Shown: positions 43,152-55,378, counted from the first letter of the stretch. The stretch: 64,000 bases of DNA from Gammaproteobacteria bacterium (GCA_050740695.1 JBOIDR010000006.1:4677-68676); one strand, 5' to 3'. Numbers and translations: made by a program. The notes: generated by a model not told the origin, from the sequence alone.

Positions 43152-44092
43152 TGAGAACTGTAGGAATGGATCCCCGCTGTGCGCCACCGCTTATATCGAG
43201 AGCTTCGCAAGGTTTTAGCCTCGTCGAGATGATGGTGGCGATGACCATCGGGCTGGTCCTGGTGGGGGCGGGAATCGCCGTATATGCCAACAGCCGGGCA
43301 GCCTATACCGTCAATGAGTCCATCTCGCGCTTGCAGGAAAACGCCCGCTACGCGCTGGACGAGATCACGAGAGACCTGCGCCTGGCCGGTTACTGGGGCC
43401 TCAACAGCAGCGCGGCGCTGGTGTCGGGAACCCTGGCGGACGCCACCAACGATTGCGCAGCGCAGTGGTATACGAACGTTAACAACCGGGTCGAGGGCTC
43501 GGACGGCGTCAATACCGGCTATGCCCCCTGTATCCCCGCTGCAACGTATCAAGCCGGTACCGACATCTTGGCGATGCGCTTCGTCGATCCGACGCCCGTC
43601 GTGGCGCTGGTCGCCACCACACCGTACCTGCGCTCGAACCGGAATAGTGGACGCCTGTTCGTCGGCACGACCCAACCGGGAGGACTGGCGGACGCACAGA
43701 ACTATAAGTTGGAAAGCCGTGCCTATTACGTTAGCCCTTGGACCAACACCGCCGGCGATGGGGCACCGGCTTTGAAACGCGTCGTCCTCGTTCCTGGGGC
43801 CCTGAACGCGGCATTGCAGGAACAGGTGGTGGTCTCCGGTGTGGAGAACCTCCAAGTCCAGTATGCCTTGGATGTGGACGGAAACCGCTCCGTGGATCAG
43901 TACGTAAACGCTGGATTAGGGGTAGCCTGGCCTCAGATCGAGGCCGTGCGAATATGGCTCCTGGTCCGTGCGCCGACCGCAGAAGCGGGCTATACCAACA
44001 GCACCGCCTTTCCGTTGCCACAGGCGCCGGTGACGCCGAGCGATGGCTTTCGCCGGGTGCTGGTGACAAAGACCATTCACTTGCACAACTAG
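43151..44092 (+). CDS. pilW: Type IV pilus assembly protein PilW
   Basis: SQGFSLVEMMVAMTIGLVL.. followed by ISRLQENARYALDEITRDLRLAGYWG. The start overlaps the pilV stop codon. Confidence 0.85.
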   Translation: MRTVGMDPRCAPPLISRASQGFSLVEMMVAMTIGLVLVGAGIAVYANSRAAYTVNESISRLQENARYALDEITRDLRLAGYWGLNSSAALVSGTLADATNDCAAQWYTNVNNRVEGSDGVNTGYAPCIPAATYQAGTDILAMRFVDPTPVVALVATTPYLRSNRNSGRLFVGTTQPGGLADAQNYKLESRAYYVSPWTNTAGDGAPALKRVVLVPGALNAALQEQVVVSGVENLQVQYALDVDGNRSVDQYVNAGLGVAWPQIEAVRIWLLVRAPTAEAGYTNSTAFPLPQAPVTPSDGFRRVLVTKTIHLHN

Positions 44093-44108
44093 GTCAAGAG
44101 GACTTTCC

Positions 44109-44615
44109 ATGATCAATGCCCGTGCACGGATGCTACTCTGCCAACGAGGCAACGCACTCATGGTCAGCCTGGTGTTCTTAGTGATCCTGACGACACTGGG
44201 CGTGTCAGCCGCCGGTACCGGCCGACTGGAGCTCATGATGGCGGCCAATACCCAGTTCGGCAGCCAGGCCTATCAAGCCGCGGAGTCCGGTATCGATTCG
44301 GTCCTGCGTATCCCTGTAAGCACTTTGCTGAGCAGTACGGTAACGACCAGCCGAAGCTACTTGTTCAACCCGACGACGTCGGCCGGAGGTTTCGACGATC
44401 CGGCCACTCCCGCTCCCACACGCTTCGCGGAGCAAGCAAATACCACGACCACGTATGAGGCGGTGGGCAATGTCCCCGACGGTGGTTACAGCATGAGCGT
44501 CGATGACAACATCGTGGCACATCATTTTGCCATAGACAGTAGGAGCCAGTCGCAGCGGGGCGGGCAGGCCGGTCACGAACAAGGGATCTACATCGTGGGG
44601 CCTGGGGGTGGCTAA
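44109..44615 (+). CDS. pilX: PilX N-terminal domain minor pilin
   Basis: QRGNALMVSLVFLVILTTLGVSAAGTGRLELMMAAN is the typical PilX_N pattern. Confidence 0.75.
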   Translation: MINARARMLLCQRGNALMVSLVFLVILTTLGVSAAGTGRLELMMAANTQFGSQAYQAAESGIDSVLRIPVSTLLSSTVTTSRSYLFNPTTSAGGFDDPATPAPTRFAEQANTTTTYEAVGNVPDGGYSMSVDDNIVAHHFAIDSRSQSQRGGQAGHEQGIYIVGPGGG

Positions 44616-44667
44616 TAAGCCTTCACACCTACATTACCCCCGACCAACGACAGCAGAGGATAGTCCT

Positions 44668-45018
44668 ATGAATCGAAAAAGTATCTTGATCACCCTGGCT
44701 GCCACGCTCTTGTTGCCTCTTGCAAGCGAAAGCACACCGATACTGATCCCCTACGAGGACAGCGTCGAGGGGGGTACCCTGGTGACCTTCAAAATGGAAA
44801 TCACGGCCAAGAAGGTACCCACGGGCAACGGTGTCGTAACCATCGGTCGTCATTGCCGGGGTTGCGGCCCATTACGCCTCAAGGTCACGCCCCAGAGCCA
44901 GGTGATCGTGGGTGGCCGGCCGGTGCCCATCACACCGGAGACCCAGTTGATCGGTAAGACCGGCGACGTGTTCTATGTGATCAAGGACAAGCGGCTCACG
45001 CGAATCCGACTTCACTGA
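44668..45018 (+). CDS. Secreted 116-aa protein of unknown function between pilX and pilY1
   Basis: AGAGGA lies 8 nt upstream of the ATG. The signal peptide is MNRKSILITLAATLLLPLASE. It contains a CRGC pair. I recognise no family. Confidence 0.55.
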   Translation: MNRKSILITLAATLLLPLASESTPILIPYEDSVEGGTLVTFKMEITAKKVPTGNGVVTIGRHCRGCGPLRLKVTPQSQVIVGGRPVPITPETQLIGKTGDVFYVIKDKRLTRIRLH

Positions 45019-45092
45019 TCTGCGGGGGCGGTCGCGTTGAGGGGTTGGCCTGGTTACGTTTTTTGCTCAGAAGCATGCTAAGGGAGTTTCTT

Positions 45093-48000
45093 ATGTCAGG
45101 GACAGTCAAACGTCTGAGTTCTCTATCGATGGCCCTGTACGTGGGGCTTTTGGCCGCCACCGGCGCGTTCGCCGACGATACCGAGATCTACCTCGGGCTC
45201 AATCAAGGCCAGAGCGTCGCCAAACCCAACGTGCTGTTCATCCTCGACACCTCGGGGAGCATGGACACGAACGTGACGACCACCGCACCCTTCGACCCGG
45301 CTCAGACGTATGCCGGCTCCTGCGCTTCCAACAAGATATTCTGGTCGACGACGGGTATTGCGCCTGGGTGCAATAGCGGCAACTGGTTCGACACGACCAA
45401 GTTCCGATGTCAAGCGGCCGCAGGCCCAATGGGCGCTAGCGGCGTGGGCACCTACACCGACCGGCTCGCGCGCTGGCAGCCGGGTTTCCTCTTTTTGAGC
45501 CCGAGCAAGTGGGTTTCTCTTGACGGTGACAACAGCCCGCCTCACGTCGAGTGTCAAGCGGACCAGGGTGTGCACGGCAATGGGTCGAGCAGTACCTACA
45601 TCGCCAACGGCACGAGCGGCCCCTGGAAGTCCGGCAGCAGCGGCGCCGCGAACTGGTCTTCGACCGGCGGGACCTACACCATCTTCAGCGCCAACTACCT
45701 GAACTGGTTCCACTATTTCAGCACGACGATCATCGGTACCCGTATTCAGATCATGAAGGACGTGGTCAAGAGCGTCGTCGACAGCAACACCAACATCAAC
45801 ATCGGTCTCATGCGTTACGACACGAAAACAACCTATAGCACACCGCCGAGCGGCAATAAAGGCGGGCCGGTCGTCTTTCCCGTGAGTAATATCGATGCTC
45901 CTGGTGTTCGGGATAACTTCAAATCCCAAGTGGACGGCCTCACTGCCAGCGGCTGGACGCCATTATCCGAGACCTTGTACGAGGCCAATCTTTATTTGGC
46001 CGGCCAAGGCGTGGTCTATGGCAAGGCACCTAACGACATCTCCAGCGTACCGGGATGCTTGGATCCGAGCGACTCTACGAGATACAAGTCGCCGATGGAG
46101 TTCGAATGCCAGAAGAACTTTATCGTCTATCTGACGGATGGCGAGCCGACCTATGATGGGGATGCCGACTCGAACATCGGTAGCCTGCTTTCGGGCGCCA
46201 CCTTGCCGTCGGGAGACAGCACCTGTGCCCATGGCACGAGTGAAGACCCGCAAGACAACTGTCTGGATGAGCTGGCCGAGTACCTGCACGAGAAGGACCT
46301 TCGGTCGGACCTCAACGGTAAGCAAAACGCCGTCAGTTACATGATCGGCTTCACCCTCGATTTCCCGCTGCTCAGCGAGGCCGCCACCAAGGGCGGAGGA
46401 CGGTATTTCACTGCCAACACTGCCCAGGAGCTTTCGAGCGCCTTCACCCAGATCGTGACCGAGATCCGCAAGATCAGCGACACCTTCACCGCGCCGGCCG
46501 TGTCGGTGAACGCCTTCAACCGGCTGTTCCACCGCGACGAGTTATACTTTGCCGTCTTCCGGCCGGATGCCGACATTCGTTGGCCGGGCAACCTCAAGCG
46601 TTACAAGGTAGGTGTCTACGGCGGTGAGTTCGCGATCCTGGATAAGAATAACAACCCCGCAGTCGATCCCAATACCGGTTTCTTCTCGGATACCAGCACG
46701 AGTGTCTGGACGGATTCTGCAGAGGACATTCCGGACGGCGGCGAGCCGGAAAAGGGCGGCGCGGCCGGCGAATTGCGTGACCCCACGAATCGTAAGCTCT
46801 ACACCTACACGGGCGACTACACGACTGCAAGTGTGAAAGACCTGTCCGATCCGGTGAACAAACTGGACGACAGCAATACCAATCTCACCAACGCTATGCT
46901 GGGGTCCCCCCCCGATAGAACCAAGCTCATCCAATGGGGACGGGGCATGGATGTCGACGACGAAGACGCGGATGGCGTTACAAGCGAACCCCGCAGGGAC
47001 ATGGGTGATCCGCTGCACTCCAACCCGGTGCTGGTGACCTACGGGGGTACCGATGAGGCACCGGACATTACCGTGTATGTCACGACCAACGACGGCTATC
47101 TACACGCCATCAACGCCGGCAACGACCCCGGGCCCGCCACGGAACCCAACGGCGGGAAGGAGATCTTCGCGTTCGTGCCCCAGGAGATGCTCGGCAGACT
47201 GCAGAGCCTCAAGGACGACCCGCCCATACCGGGCGCCGGCCGCGACTACGGTCTGGACGGTCCTATGACGGCCTGGGTCAAGGAGAACCCGGACGATGAG
47301 GACGCCGAGATCGAGCCTGGGGAGGGGGACCGCGTGATCCTGTATTTCGGACAGCGCCGAGGCGGTCGAAACTACTACGCTCTCGATGTGACCAATCGTG
47401 ATGCACCCGAGCTCCTGTGGCGGATCCAGGGTGGGGCGGGTGGCTTCGAGGAGCTGGCCGAGACCTGGTCGGCACCCAAGCGCACCCGTGTTCAGCTTGG
47501 CGCTACCGAAGCGAGCCAGAAGGACGTGTTGATTTTCGGCGGCGGTTTCGACCCCGACCAGGAAACCTCCACGGCTCCAGGAGCCGACTCGCAGGGACGC
47601 GCCATCTACATGGTGGATGCGCTGACCGGTGATCTTCTCTGGTGGACCGGATACGACGATGTGGCGCCATCCTCGCCCTCGCCGGATCTGGCGCTCAATA
47701 CCATGACTAACAGCATCCCGGCAAACGTGCGAGTCATCGACCTGGATCGTGATGGGCTGGCCGACCGCATGTACGCCGCCGACATGGGCGGGCGCCTGTG
47801 GCGCTTCGACATCAACAACGGCGCAGCCGTCGGCCAACCGCTCGTGAGCGGCGCGTTGATGGCGGAATTTCAGAAGACCACGGCCAGTGACGTACCCAGC
47901 ACCGAAGCGGTCAATCGACGCTTCTTCAACGAACCGGATGCGGCGTTGATCGTACCGCCCGGCAAGCCCTCCTTCATGTCTATTTCCATCGGGTCGGGTA

Positions 48001-48617
48001 ATCGCTCGCATCCTTTGAACAAGGTGACTCAGGATCGATTCTACATGGTGCGTGACCCGAACCCGCTGGCGAAGCCTGCTGCTTATCCGTCCCAGTGGCC
48101 GCTTCAAGAAGACGATATGTACGACGTGACCAGCATGATCGACTTCAGTTCTACGCAACAAACGGAGTTGGAAAGCAGCCAGGGCTGGATGATCCGCATG
48201 GTCGACGCCGGAACCGGCAGCTTCGTCGGCGAGAAGGCGCTGACTGAGGCAGTCACCTTCAACGGAGTGGTGCTGTTCGCGACCTTTACTCCGGTCGCCA
48301 CGGCATCGACAAACGCCTGCTCGCCCAGTCAAGGCACCGGCCGTGTCTACGCCGTCAATGTCTTGAACGGGAATCCGGTGTACAACCTCGATCAGGCCGG
48401 TGATCCCAACGACCTGGCCGGTACCGACAGGTCGCTCGATCTGGTTCGCACGGGGTTACCCCCCGACATCGTGATCCTGTTCCCAAGACCGGACCCCAAC
48501 AACCCAGGCTCAGAAGGTCCCGTAGCGCTTGCGGGTCCCGAGGTGCTGAACGAGTTGGATCTGAAAAACCCAATCGTGAAAACCTACTGGTATGCGGACG
48601 ACGATAACGCCTACTGA
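45093..48617 (+). CDS. pilY1: PilY1 tip adhesin/assembly protein (N-terminal vWA plus C-terminal PilY1/PilC beta-propeller)
   Basis: Signal peptide, a MIDAS-type LFILDTSGSMD, and a C-terminal calcium-site region IDLDRDGLADRMYAADMGGRLWRFDI. Confidence 0.9.
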   Translation: MSGTVKRLSSLSMALYVGLLAATGAFADDTEIYLGLNQGQSVAKPNVLFILDTSGSMDTNVTTTAPFDPAQTYAGSCASNKIFWSTTGIAPGCNSGNWFDTTKFRCQAAAGPMGASGVGTYTDRLARWQPGFLFLSPSKWVSLDGDNSPPHVECQADQGVHGNGSSSTYIANGTSGPWKSGSSGAANWSSTGGTYTIFSANYLNWFHYFSTTIIGTRIQIMKDVVKSVVDSNTNINIGLMRYDTKTTYSTPPSGNKGGPVVFPVSNIDAPGVRDNFKSQVDGLTASGWTPLSETLYEANLYLAGQGVVYGKAPNDISSVPGCLDPSDSTRYKSPMEFECQKNFIVYLTDGEPTYDGDADSNIGSLLSGATLPSGDSTCAHGTSEDPQDNCLDELAEYLHEKDLRSDLNGKQNAVSYMIGFTLDFPLLSEAATKGGGRYFTANTAQELSSAFTQIVTEIRKISDTFTAPAVSVNAFNRLFHRDELYFAVFRPDADIRWPGNLKRYKVGVYGGEFAILDKNNNPAVDPNTGFFSDTSTSVWTDSAEDIPDGGEPEKGGAAGELRDPTNRKLYTYTGDYTTASVKDLSDPVNKLDDSNTNLTNAMLGSPPDRTKLIQWGRGMDVDDEDADGVTSEPRRDMGDPLHSNPVLVTYGGTDEAPDITVYVTTNDGYLHAINAGNDPGPATEPNGGKEIFAFVPQEMLGRLQSLKDDPPIPGAGRDYGLDGPMTAWVKENPDDEDAEIEPGEGDRVILYFGQRRGGRNYYALDVTNRDAPELLWRIQGGAGGFEELAETWSAPKRTRVQLGATEASQKDVLIFGGGFDPDQETSTAPGADSQGRAIYMVDALTGDLLWWTGYDDVAPSSPSPDLALNTMTNSIPANVRVIDLDRDGLADRMYAADMGGRLWRFDINNGAAVGQPLVSGALMAEFQKTTASDVPSTEAVNRRFFNEPDAALIVPPGKPSFMSISIGSGNRSHPLNKVTQDRFYMVRDPNPLAKPAAYPSQWPLQEDDMYDVTSMIDFSSTQQTELESSQGWMIRMVDAGTGSFVGEKALTEAVTFNGVVLFATFTPVATASTNACSPSQGTGRVYAVNVLNGNPVYNLDQAGDPNDLAGTDRSLDLVRTGLPPDIVILFPRPDPNNPGSEGPVALAGPEVLNELDLKNPIVKTYWYADDDNAY

Positions 48618-48722
48618 CGTCCGTAACGGAAAATAGTACCGCCAGGCGCCCGGTCGTCTTCCTGACCACCGGGCGGCACTTCTCGAGCCCGCGATGCAGG
48701 GCCTTCATTCTAGGAGAAAACG

Positions 48723-49172
48723 ATGATCAAGCGATCCAAAGGTATGACCCTCATCGAGCTCATGATCACGGTCGCGGTCGTGGGGATCCTCGCGACCATC
48801 GCATATCCGAGTTACCAGAACCAGGTACGCCGATCGAACCGCGCGGACGCCATCACGGCCTTGACGGCCATGGCCAATGCCCAGGAGCGCTTTTACCTTG
48901 CCAATAACACCTACGCGAATACCACGGCGCCGCTGGGGTTCCCCGCACCGCTGCCGCCCCCCGCGCCACAGGGGAATTCACAGCGAGGCTTTTATACCCT
49001 CGCGGTTGCCACTCCCGACGACTTCACGACCCGGTTCACAGTAACGGCGACAGCCGTTGCCGGAGGCCCCCAGGCTGGTGACGACCCGCCAGGAATTGAT
49101 GATTGCAGGGTACTTAGTCTTACCTCAACAGGCCAGAAGGGGCCCCTGCCCGCCGCTCAGAATTGTTGGTAG
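48723..49172 (+). CDS. pilE: Type IV minor pilin PilE
   Basis: KGMTLIELMITVAVVGILATIAYPSYQNQVRRSNRADA. Confidence 0.85.
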   Translation: MIKRSKGMTLIELMITVAVVGILATIAYPSYQNQVRRSNRADAITALTAMANAQERFYLANNTYANTTAPLGFPAPLPPPAPQGNSQRGFYTLAVATPDDFTTRFTVTATAVAGGPQAGDDPPGIDDCRVLSLTSTGQKGPLPAAQNCW

Positions 49173-49306
49173 CAGGTTGCACGGTACTGACCCTGAATTC
49201 AAACCGGTATCAAGACGCCCGCGAACTGCTGGTAGTCGGGTCTCCGTCGAGCGGCGATTTCGCGACGGGTTGGCGACCGTCTAGGCTGCGGTAGGCCCAA
49301 TCCCGA

Positions 49307-49326
49307 GCGCCGTTCGGCGGCGTTTT
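49307..49326 (+). terminator. Short hairpin plus T-run between the convergent pilE and nucleotidase genes
   Basis: CGCCG-TTCGG-CGGCG followed by TTTT. The stem is weak. Confidence 0.3.
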
Positions 49327-49335
49327 CGGACCAGC

Positions 49336-50328
49336 CTACGGATTGATCGCCCGGATCGCCTCGACGATGCGCGCATGGAAGCGCGGCGAGGCACATACGA
49401 TCCCCCGGTTTCTCGATAGGCCCTTGCCGCAGGAGAAGTCGAGCGGCCGGCCGTCGATGTCGGTGATCTCGGCACCCGCCTCTTGGGCGACCAGCATCCC
49501 CGCCGCGTGGTCCCAGATGTTCTCCACATAGTCCGCGCGTGTCGGGAGCCTGAGATAGGCGTCGGCCTGGCCGCGCGCGACCACGGCGTACTTGCACTGG
49601 CTGTCGAGGCGGGCGGTGGTGGCGGCCCCGCCCAGGGCCGCGATGACGCGCGCAGTGGCGTCCTGCTTCGAATGCCCGGACTCGACCGACTCGCAGACGC
49701 GGATCGGCCCTTCGCTGACTCGACATCTTACCGCCGTGCTTTCAGCGGCGCCGTCCGGCGCAGAGCCCCAGGCCCCGCCCCCGCGGCTCGCGTAGTACAG
49801 GAGACCGACCGGATCCGGATCGGCGAAGGACCTATCGAAGTCGGGCGAAAGGTTGGGACAACCCATGACCCCCACGGTGACCTCACCGTCCTCGATGAAC
49901 GCGAGCGAGATCGCATACTGGCCACCGCGCAGGAAGCCCTTGGTCCCGTCGATCGGATCGAGCGTCCAGTAGGCCGGGGCCGTGGCGTCGTGAGCACCGG
50001 CATCGATGGCGGTGAGGACCTCGTCGGGCGTGATCTCGGGCCACACGATGCGCACAGCGGTGACCGCTGCGTCGCGAACCGCGGCCCCGGCCTCGGATCG
50101 CAACAGGCGGGTGCCCTCCTCGCCTACCAGGAGAAACTCGCCTAGCGTCGCGCGCAAATGCAGGCAGATCAATGCCTGGACGGCGAAATCCGCGACCGTC
50201 ACCGGGCTGCGATCGCTCTTCACGAGCCCCGGAGACTCTTTGATGCGTCCCTGGATCATGCTTGCCACGCCCGTTGCTTCCGCGACGGCGGTGCGGGCGG
50301 TGGCGAGTAGGGGCGCTGTGTCTGTCAT
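49336..50328 (-). CDS. 3'(2'),5'-bisphosphate nucleotidase (inositol monophosphatase superfamily, HAL2/CysQ-like)
   Basis: SPVTVADF.., WTLDPIDGTKGF and WDHAAG motifs. The ATG at 50328 is preferred over the upstream run-on. Confidence 0.8.
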   Translation of the reverse strand: MTDTAPLLATARTAVAEATGVASMIQGRIKESPGLVKSDRSPVTVADFAVQALICLHLRATLGEFLLVGEEGTRLLRSEAGAAVRDAAVTAVRIVWPEITPDEVLTAIDAGAHDATAPAYWTLDPIDGTKGFLRGGQYAISLAFIEDGEVTVGVMGCPNLSPDFDRSFADPDPVGLLYYASRGGGAWGSAPDGAAESTAVRCRVSEGPIRVCESVESGHSKQDATARVIAALGGAATTARLDSQCKYAVVARGQADAYLRLPTRADYVENIWDHAAGMLVAQEAGAEITDIDGRPLDFSCGKGLSRNRGIVCASPRFHARIVEAIRAINP

Positions 50329-50428
50329 GGGCGAGCGGTCATTGCTACTAGAGCGGTGCCCTAGTGGGGGGTTGCGCGCGTCCCTATAATAAATGCCCCG
50401 CATGCGTTATCAAGGAGACGAGGCCGAG

Positions 50429-52387
<1,959 letters not shown>

Positions 52388-52389
52388 AT

Positions 52390-52402
52390 GTTGCAGCGCA
52401 AC
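52390..52402 (+). promoter_or_regulatory. Candidate PhaR-type operator upstream of phaE
   Basis: The palindrome GTTGC-AGC-GCAAC has a TGC-N3-GCA core. It lies about 75 nt upstream of phaE. Confidence 0.3.
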
Positions 52403-52473
52403 AGCAACGGTGCTAGACTGCTTAGCGTGGACTGGGGATATACAGGCGGCGCGGTGTCGCAGAGGCATAAACG

Positions 52474-53757
52474 ATGAGCGAGAGAGGCATCCCCTGGGGC
52501 GAGGAGTGGATGGCGTCCCAACGCGCCTTCTGGGATACATGGTCGCGTCTGTATCAACAGGCCGCGGAGCCGGGCTCGGGCGGTTTCTCGGTACCCTGGA
52601 CTGCGGTGCTGGAGGTGTGGCAGAAGTCGCTGTCGCAGCCGACCTCGGAGCCGGGCCAGGCCTTTCTGCAAGGGTTGCTGCGCCAGGGCAAGGTGTACCT
52701 GCGCGTGGCCGAGGACTGCACCAGGCTCGCGGGCAATGCGAAGGGCACGGAATGGCAGGAGGTGTTCCAGGGCAAGGTCAATGACTGGAAGGCGATGCTG
52801 ACCTCGGGTAGCCCCGCGGACATGAGCCAGGCGATGCGGGGGCTCATGCCGTTCTTCGAGTTGCCGCTCGAGACCTGGACGCGGACCGTCTCGGGTTTCT
52901 CGGTACTGCCCGGTGATTTCCTGCAAGCCCTGAAACCCGAAGGTCTGCGTCAGGCGACGGACGAGGTCCACGACCGGATCGGGCGATTTCTGTCCGTGCC
53001 GAGCGTCGGATACACGCGCGAATGGCAGGACCAAAACCAGCGCGGCGCCAAGCTCGTGCTCGACTATCAGAGGGCGTCGCAAGAATATCTGAATGCCCAT
53101 GCCCGGCTCGGTGTGGATACTATCGAGCGGTTTTCGAAGCGGGTCATGGAGCGCGCCGAGACGGGCCAGGAGATCACCAGCCTGCGCGAGGTCTACGATG
53201 TCTGGGTGGATGCCGGCGAGGCGGCCTACAGCGAATTCGTCCTGACCGACGAATATGCCGCGATCTACGGGCGTCTCGTCAACGCCTTGATGGCGTTGAA
53301 GCACCACAGCCAGTACCTCGTGGATGAGGCCGTCGGTGCCGCCAATCTCCCGACCCGGCGAGACATGACGACATTACAATGCCGGCAGCAGGAGGTCCGC
53401 CGCCAGATAGCTGCGCTGCGCTCCGAGCTCGGCGAGGCGATCGGCGAGGGCCTGAACGCCCGTATCCGGCGTTTCGAGGAGACACTGGGAGAGGCCTTGG
53501 GCGGGGTGGACGTGAAGGCGCTCAGCGTGGAGGTACAGGCACTGCGTGGCGACGCCGTGCGGGTAGCAGCGGACCTGGAGCGGGAGATCTCGCTCTTAAG
53601 CGCGGAAAACAAACGTCTATCGGCGGCGGTGGGAGCGCTTTCGGCGAACGGCCAGGAAACGACGGTGCTCGGAAAGCGTGATGCCGTAGCGCCCGCCACC
53701 AAAGGCCGCACGCCTGTCCGGAGATCGGCGGCGCGACCCCGATCGAAGACCACCTGA
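52474..53757 (+). CDS. phaE: Class III PHA synthase subunit PhaE
   Basis: PhaE-like N-terminus (W..EW..SQRAFWDTWSRLYQQ..PW) and a coiled-coil C-terminal half. The gene is directly upstream of a class III phaC. Confidence 0.85.
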   Translation: MSERGIPWGEEWMASQRAFWDTWSRLYQQAAEPGSGGFSVPWTAVLEVWQKSLSQPTSEPGQAFLQGLLRQGKVYLRVAEDCTRLAGNAKGTEWQEVFQGKVNDWKAMLTSGSPADMSQAMRGLMPFFELPLETWTRTVSGFSVLPGDFLQALKPEGLRQATDEVHDRIGRFLSVPSVGYTREWQDQNQRGAKLVLDYQRASQEYLNAHARLGVDTIERFSKRVMERAETGQEITSLREVYDVWVDAGEAAYSEFVLTDEYAAIYGRLVNALMALKHHSQYLVDEAVGAANLPTRRDMTTLQCRQQEVRRQIAALRSELGEAIGEGLNARIRRFEETLGEALGGVDVKALSVEVQALRGDAVRVAADLEREISLLSAENKRLSAAVGALSANGQETTVLGKRDAVAPATKGRTPVRRSAARPRSKTT

Positions 53758-53769
53758 GGGGACGGAAAC

Positions 53770-54834
53770 ATGTTTCCTTTTCAGATCCGTCCGGACCGGG
53801 CATTGGGGGAGATACAGGAGTTCGGGGTCAAGCTGAGCCACGGCCTCAAGACCCTGAGCGAGATCGGTGACATCGACGTCGGGGCGACCGAGAAGGACGC
53901 CGTCTACACCGAGGACAAGGTCGTCCTGTACCGTTTTCGCCCCCTGGTCGAAAACTCCAGACCGATACCGGTCCTCATCGTCTACGCCCTGGTCAACCGC
54001 CCCTACATGGCCGATCTGCAAAAGAACCGCTCGATGGTCCGAGGCCTCCTCGCCGGTGGGCTGGACGTGTATCTCATCGACTGGGGTTACCCGGACAATG
54101 CCGATCGCTTCCTCACCCTCAACGACTACATCAACGGTTACATCGATCGGTGTGTGGGCGTCTTGCGCAGGCGCCACGGTGTGGACGGGATCAACCTCCT
54201 CGGGATCTGCCAGGGCGGTACCTTCAGCCTGTGCTACAGCGCCATTCACCCGAATAAGGTGCGCAACCTGATTACCACGGTGACGCCTGTCGATTTCCAC
54301 ACCGATGGCGACCTCTTGAGCCACTGGGTGCGCCAGGTGGACGTGGATCTCCTGGTCGAAACCATGGGCAATATACCGGGCGAGATGTTGAACTGGACCT
54401 TCCTGTCGCTCAAGCCGTTCCGCCTCTCCGGCCAGAAGTACCTCGATATGATCGATACCCTGGACGACCCGGTGATGTGCAAGAACTTCATGCGCATGGA
54501 GAAATGGATCTTCGACAGCCCCGATCAGGCGGGGGAGACGTTCCGCGGGTTCATCAAGCAGTTCTACCAGGACAACCGGCTCATCAAGGGCGAGGTCATG
54601 ATCGGCGAGAAGAGCGTCGATCTCGAGAACATCACCATGCCGGTGCTCAACATCTACGCGAGCGAAGACCACCTGGTCCCACCGGCCGCGTCGCGCGCCC
54701 TCAAAAAATATGTCGGCACCAAGGACTACACCGAGCTCGAGTTCCCCGGCGGACACATCGGCATCTACGTGAGCGGCAAGGCCCAGCAACTCATCCCCCC
54801 CGCGGTCAACGAGTGGTTGGCCAAACGGTACTGA
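53770..54834 (+). CDS. phaC: Class III poly(R)-hydroxyalkanoate synthase PhaC
   Basis: About 355 aa. The lipase box has Cys (LLGICQGG). VVLYRFRP.. and ..LVPPAAS.. are present and the C-terminal catalytic His region is conserved. Confidence 0.92.
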   Translation: MFPFQIRPDRALGEIQEFGVKLSHGLKTLSEIGDIDVGATEKDAVYTEDKVVLYRFRPLVENSRPIPVLIVYALVNRPYMADLQKNRSMVRGLLAGGLDVYLIDWGYPDNADRFLTLNDYINGYIDRCVGVLRRRHGVDGINLLGICQGGTFSLCYSAIHPNKVRNLITTVTPVDFHTDGDLLSHWVRQVDVDLLVETMGNIPGEMLNWTFLSLKPFRLSGQKYLDMIDTLDDPVMCKNFMRMEKWIFDSPDQAGETFRGFIKQFYQDNRLIKGEVMIGEKSVDLENITMPVLNIYASEDHLVPPAASRALKKYVGTKDYTELEFPGGHIGIYVSGKAQQLIPPAVNEWLAKRY

Positions 54835-54991
54835 CGCGCCCCTAACGGCCCGCGTCTCGGCCGGCTGCTCAAGGGGCTTCCGCCCGCCGCACTTGCGGTG
54901 TGCCGGCGCGGCCGCGATTTCACGATCGGACGCTGAAAGCCACCACCCCTGGCCTGGGACAGGCCAAGGATGGTAGGTCGCTGGGGTAAAC

Positions 54992-55378
54992 TCAGGAAGC
55001 CGCGGCCACTTTCTTGGCGGGGAGGACGGTGGCCTTCTTGATGGGGGCCAAGCCCGCGTCGATCGCCTTCTCGGCCCACGCGGTGAATTCGTCCTTGGAC
55101 TCCGTCAAGGTCTCGGTGGTCTTGCGCAGGGTATCGAGGAGCTTGTCGTTGTATTCGGTGCTGAGCTTGGTGAAGCCCGACAACAGGTCCTTATAACCCT
55201 TCGACTCGGAATACAGGGTCAAGTGCTTGACGCCGGTGTCCATGAAGGCGCTGAGGAAGCCGAGTTGGTGCTCGGCGAGCTTCTCGGTGGCCTTGGTGCC
55301 GATCTCGCCCAGATCCTTGAAGGACGCGTAGGTGCTGTTGCTCAGATTGGTCCAGGACTCGATATAGTCGGTTTGCAT
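54992..55378 (-). CDS. phaP: Phasin
   Basis: TAGGAGGAACACC precedes the ATG at 55378. The protein is a helical 128-aa phasin-like sequence with an Ala/Lys-rich tail, located in the pha locus. Confidence 0.8.
   Translation of the reverse strand: MQTDYIESWTNLSNSTYASFKDLGEIGTKATEKLAEHQLGFLSAFMDTGVKHLTLYSESKGYKDLLSGFTKLSTEYNDKLLDTLRKTTETLTESKDEFTAWAEKAIDAGLAPIKKATVLPAKKVAAAS

Noticed and set aside
48674-48688. CGGCAC-N5-GAGC upstream of pilE as a sigma-54 promoter
   Set aside because: GG and GC are correctly spaced, but the rest of both elements deviates strongly (no TGGCAC, no TTGC). The evidence is too weak to call.
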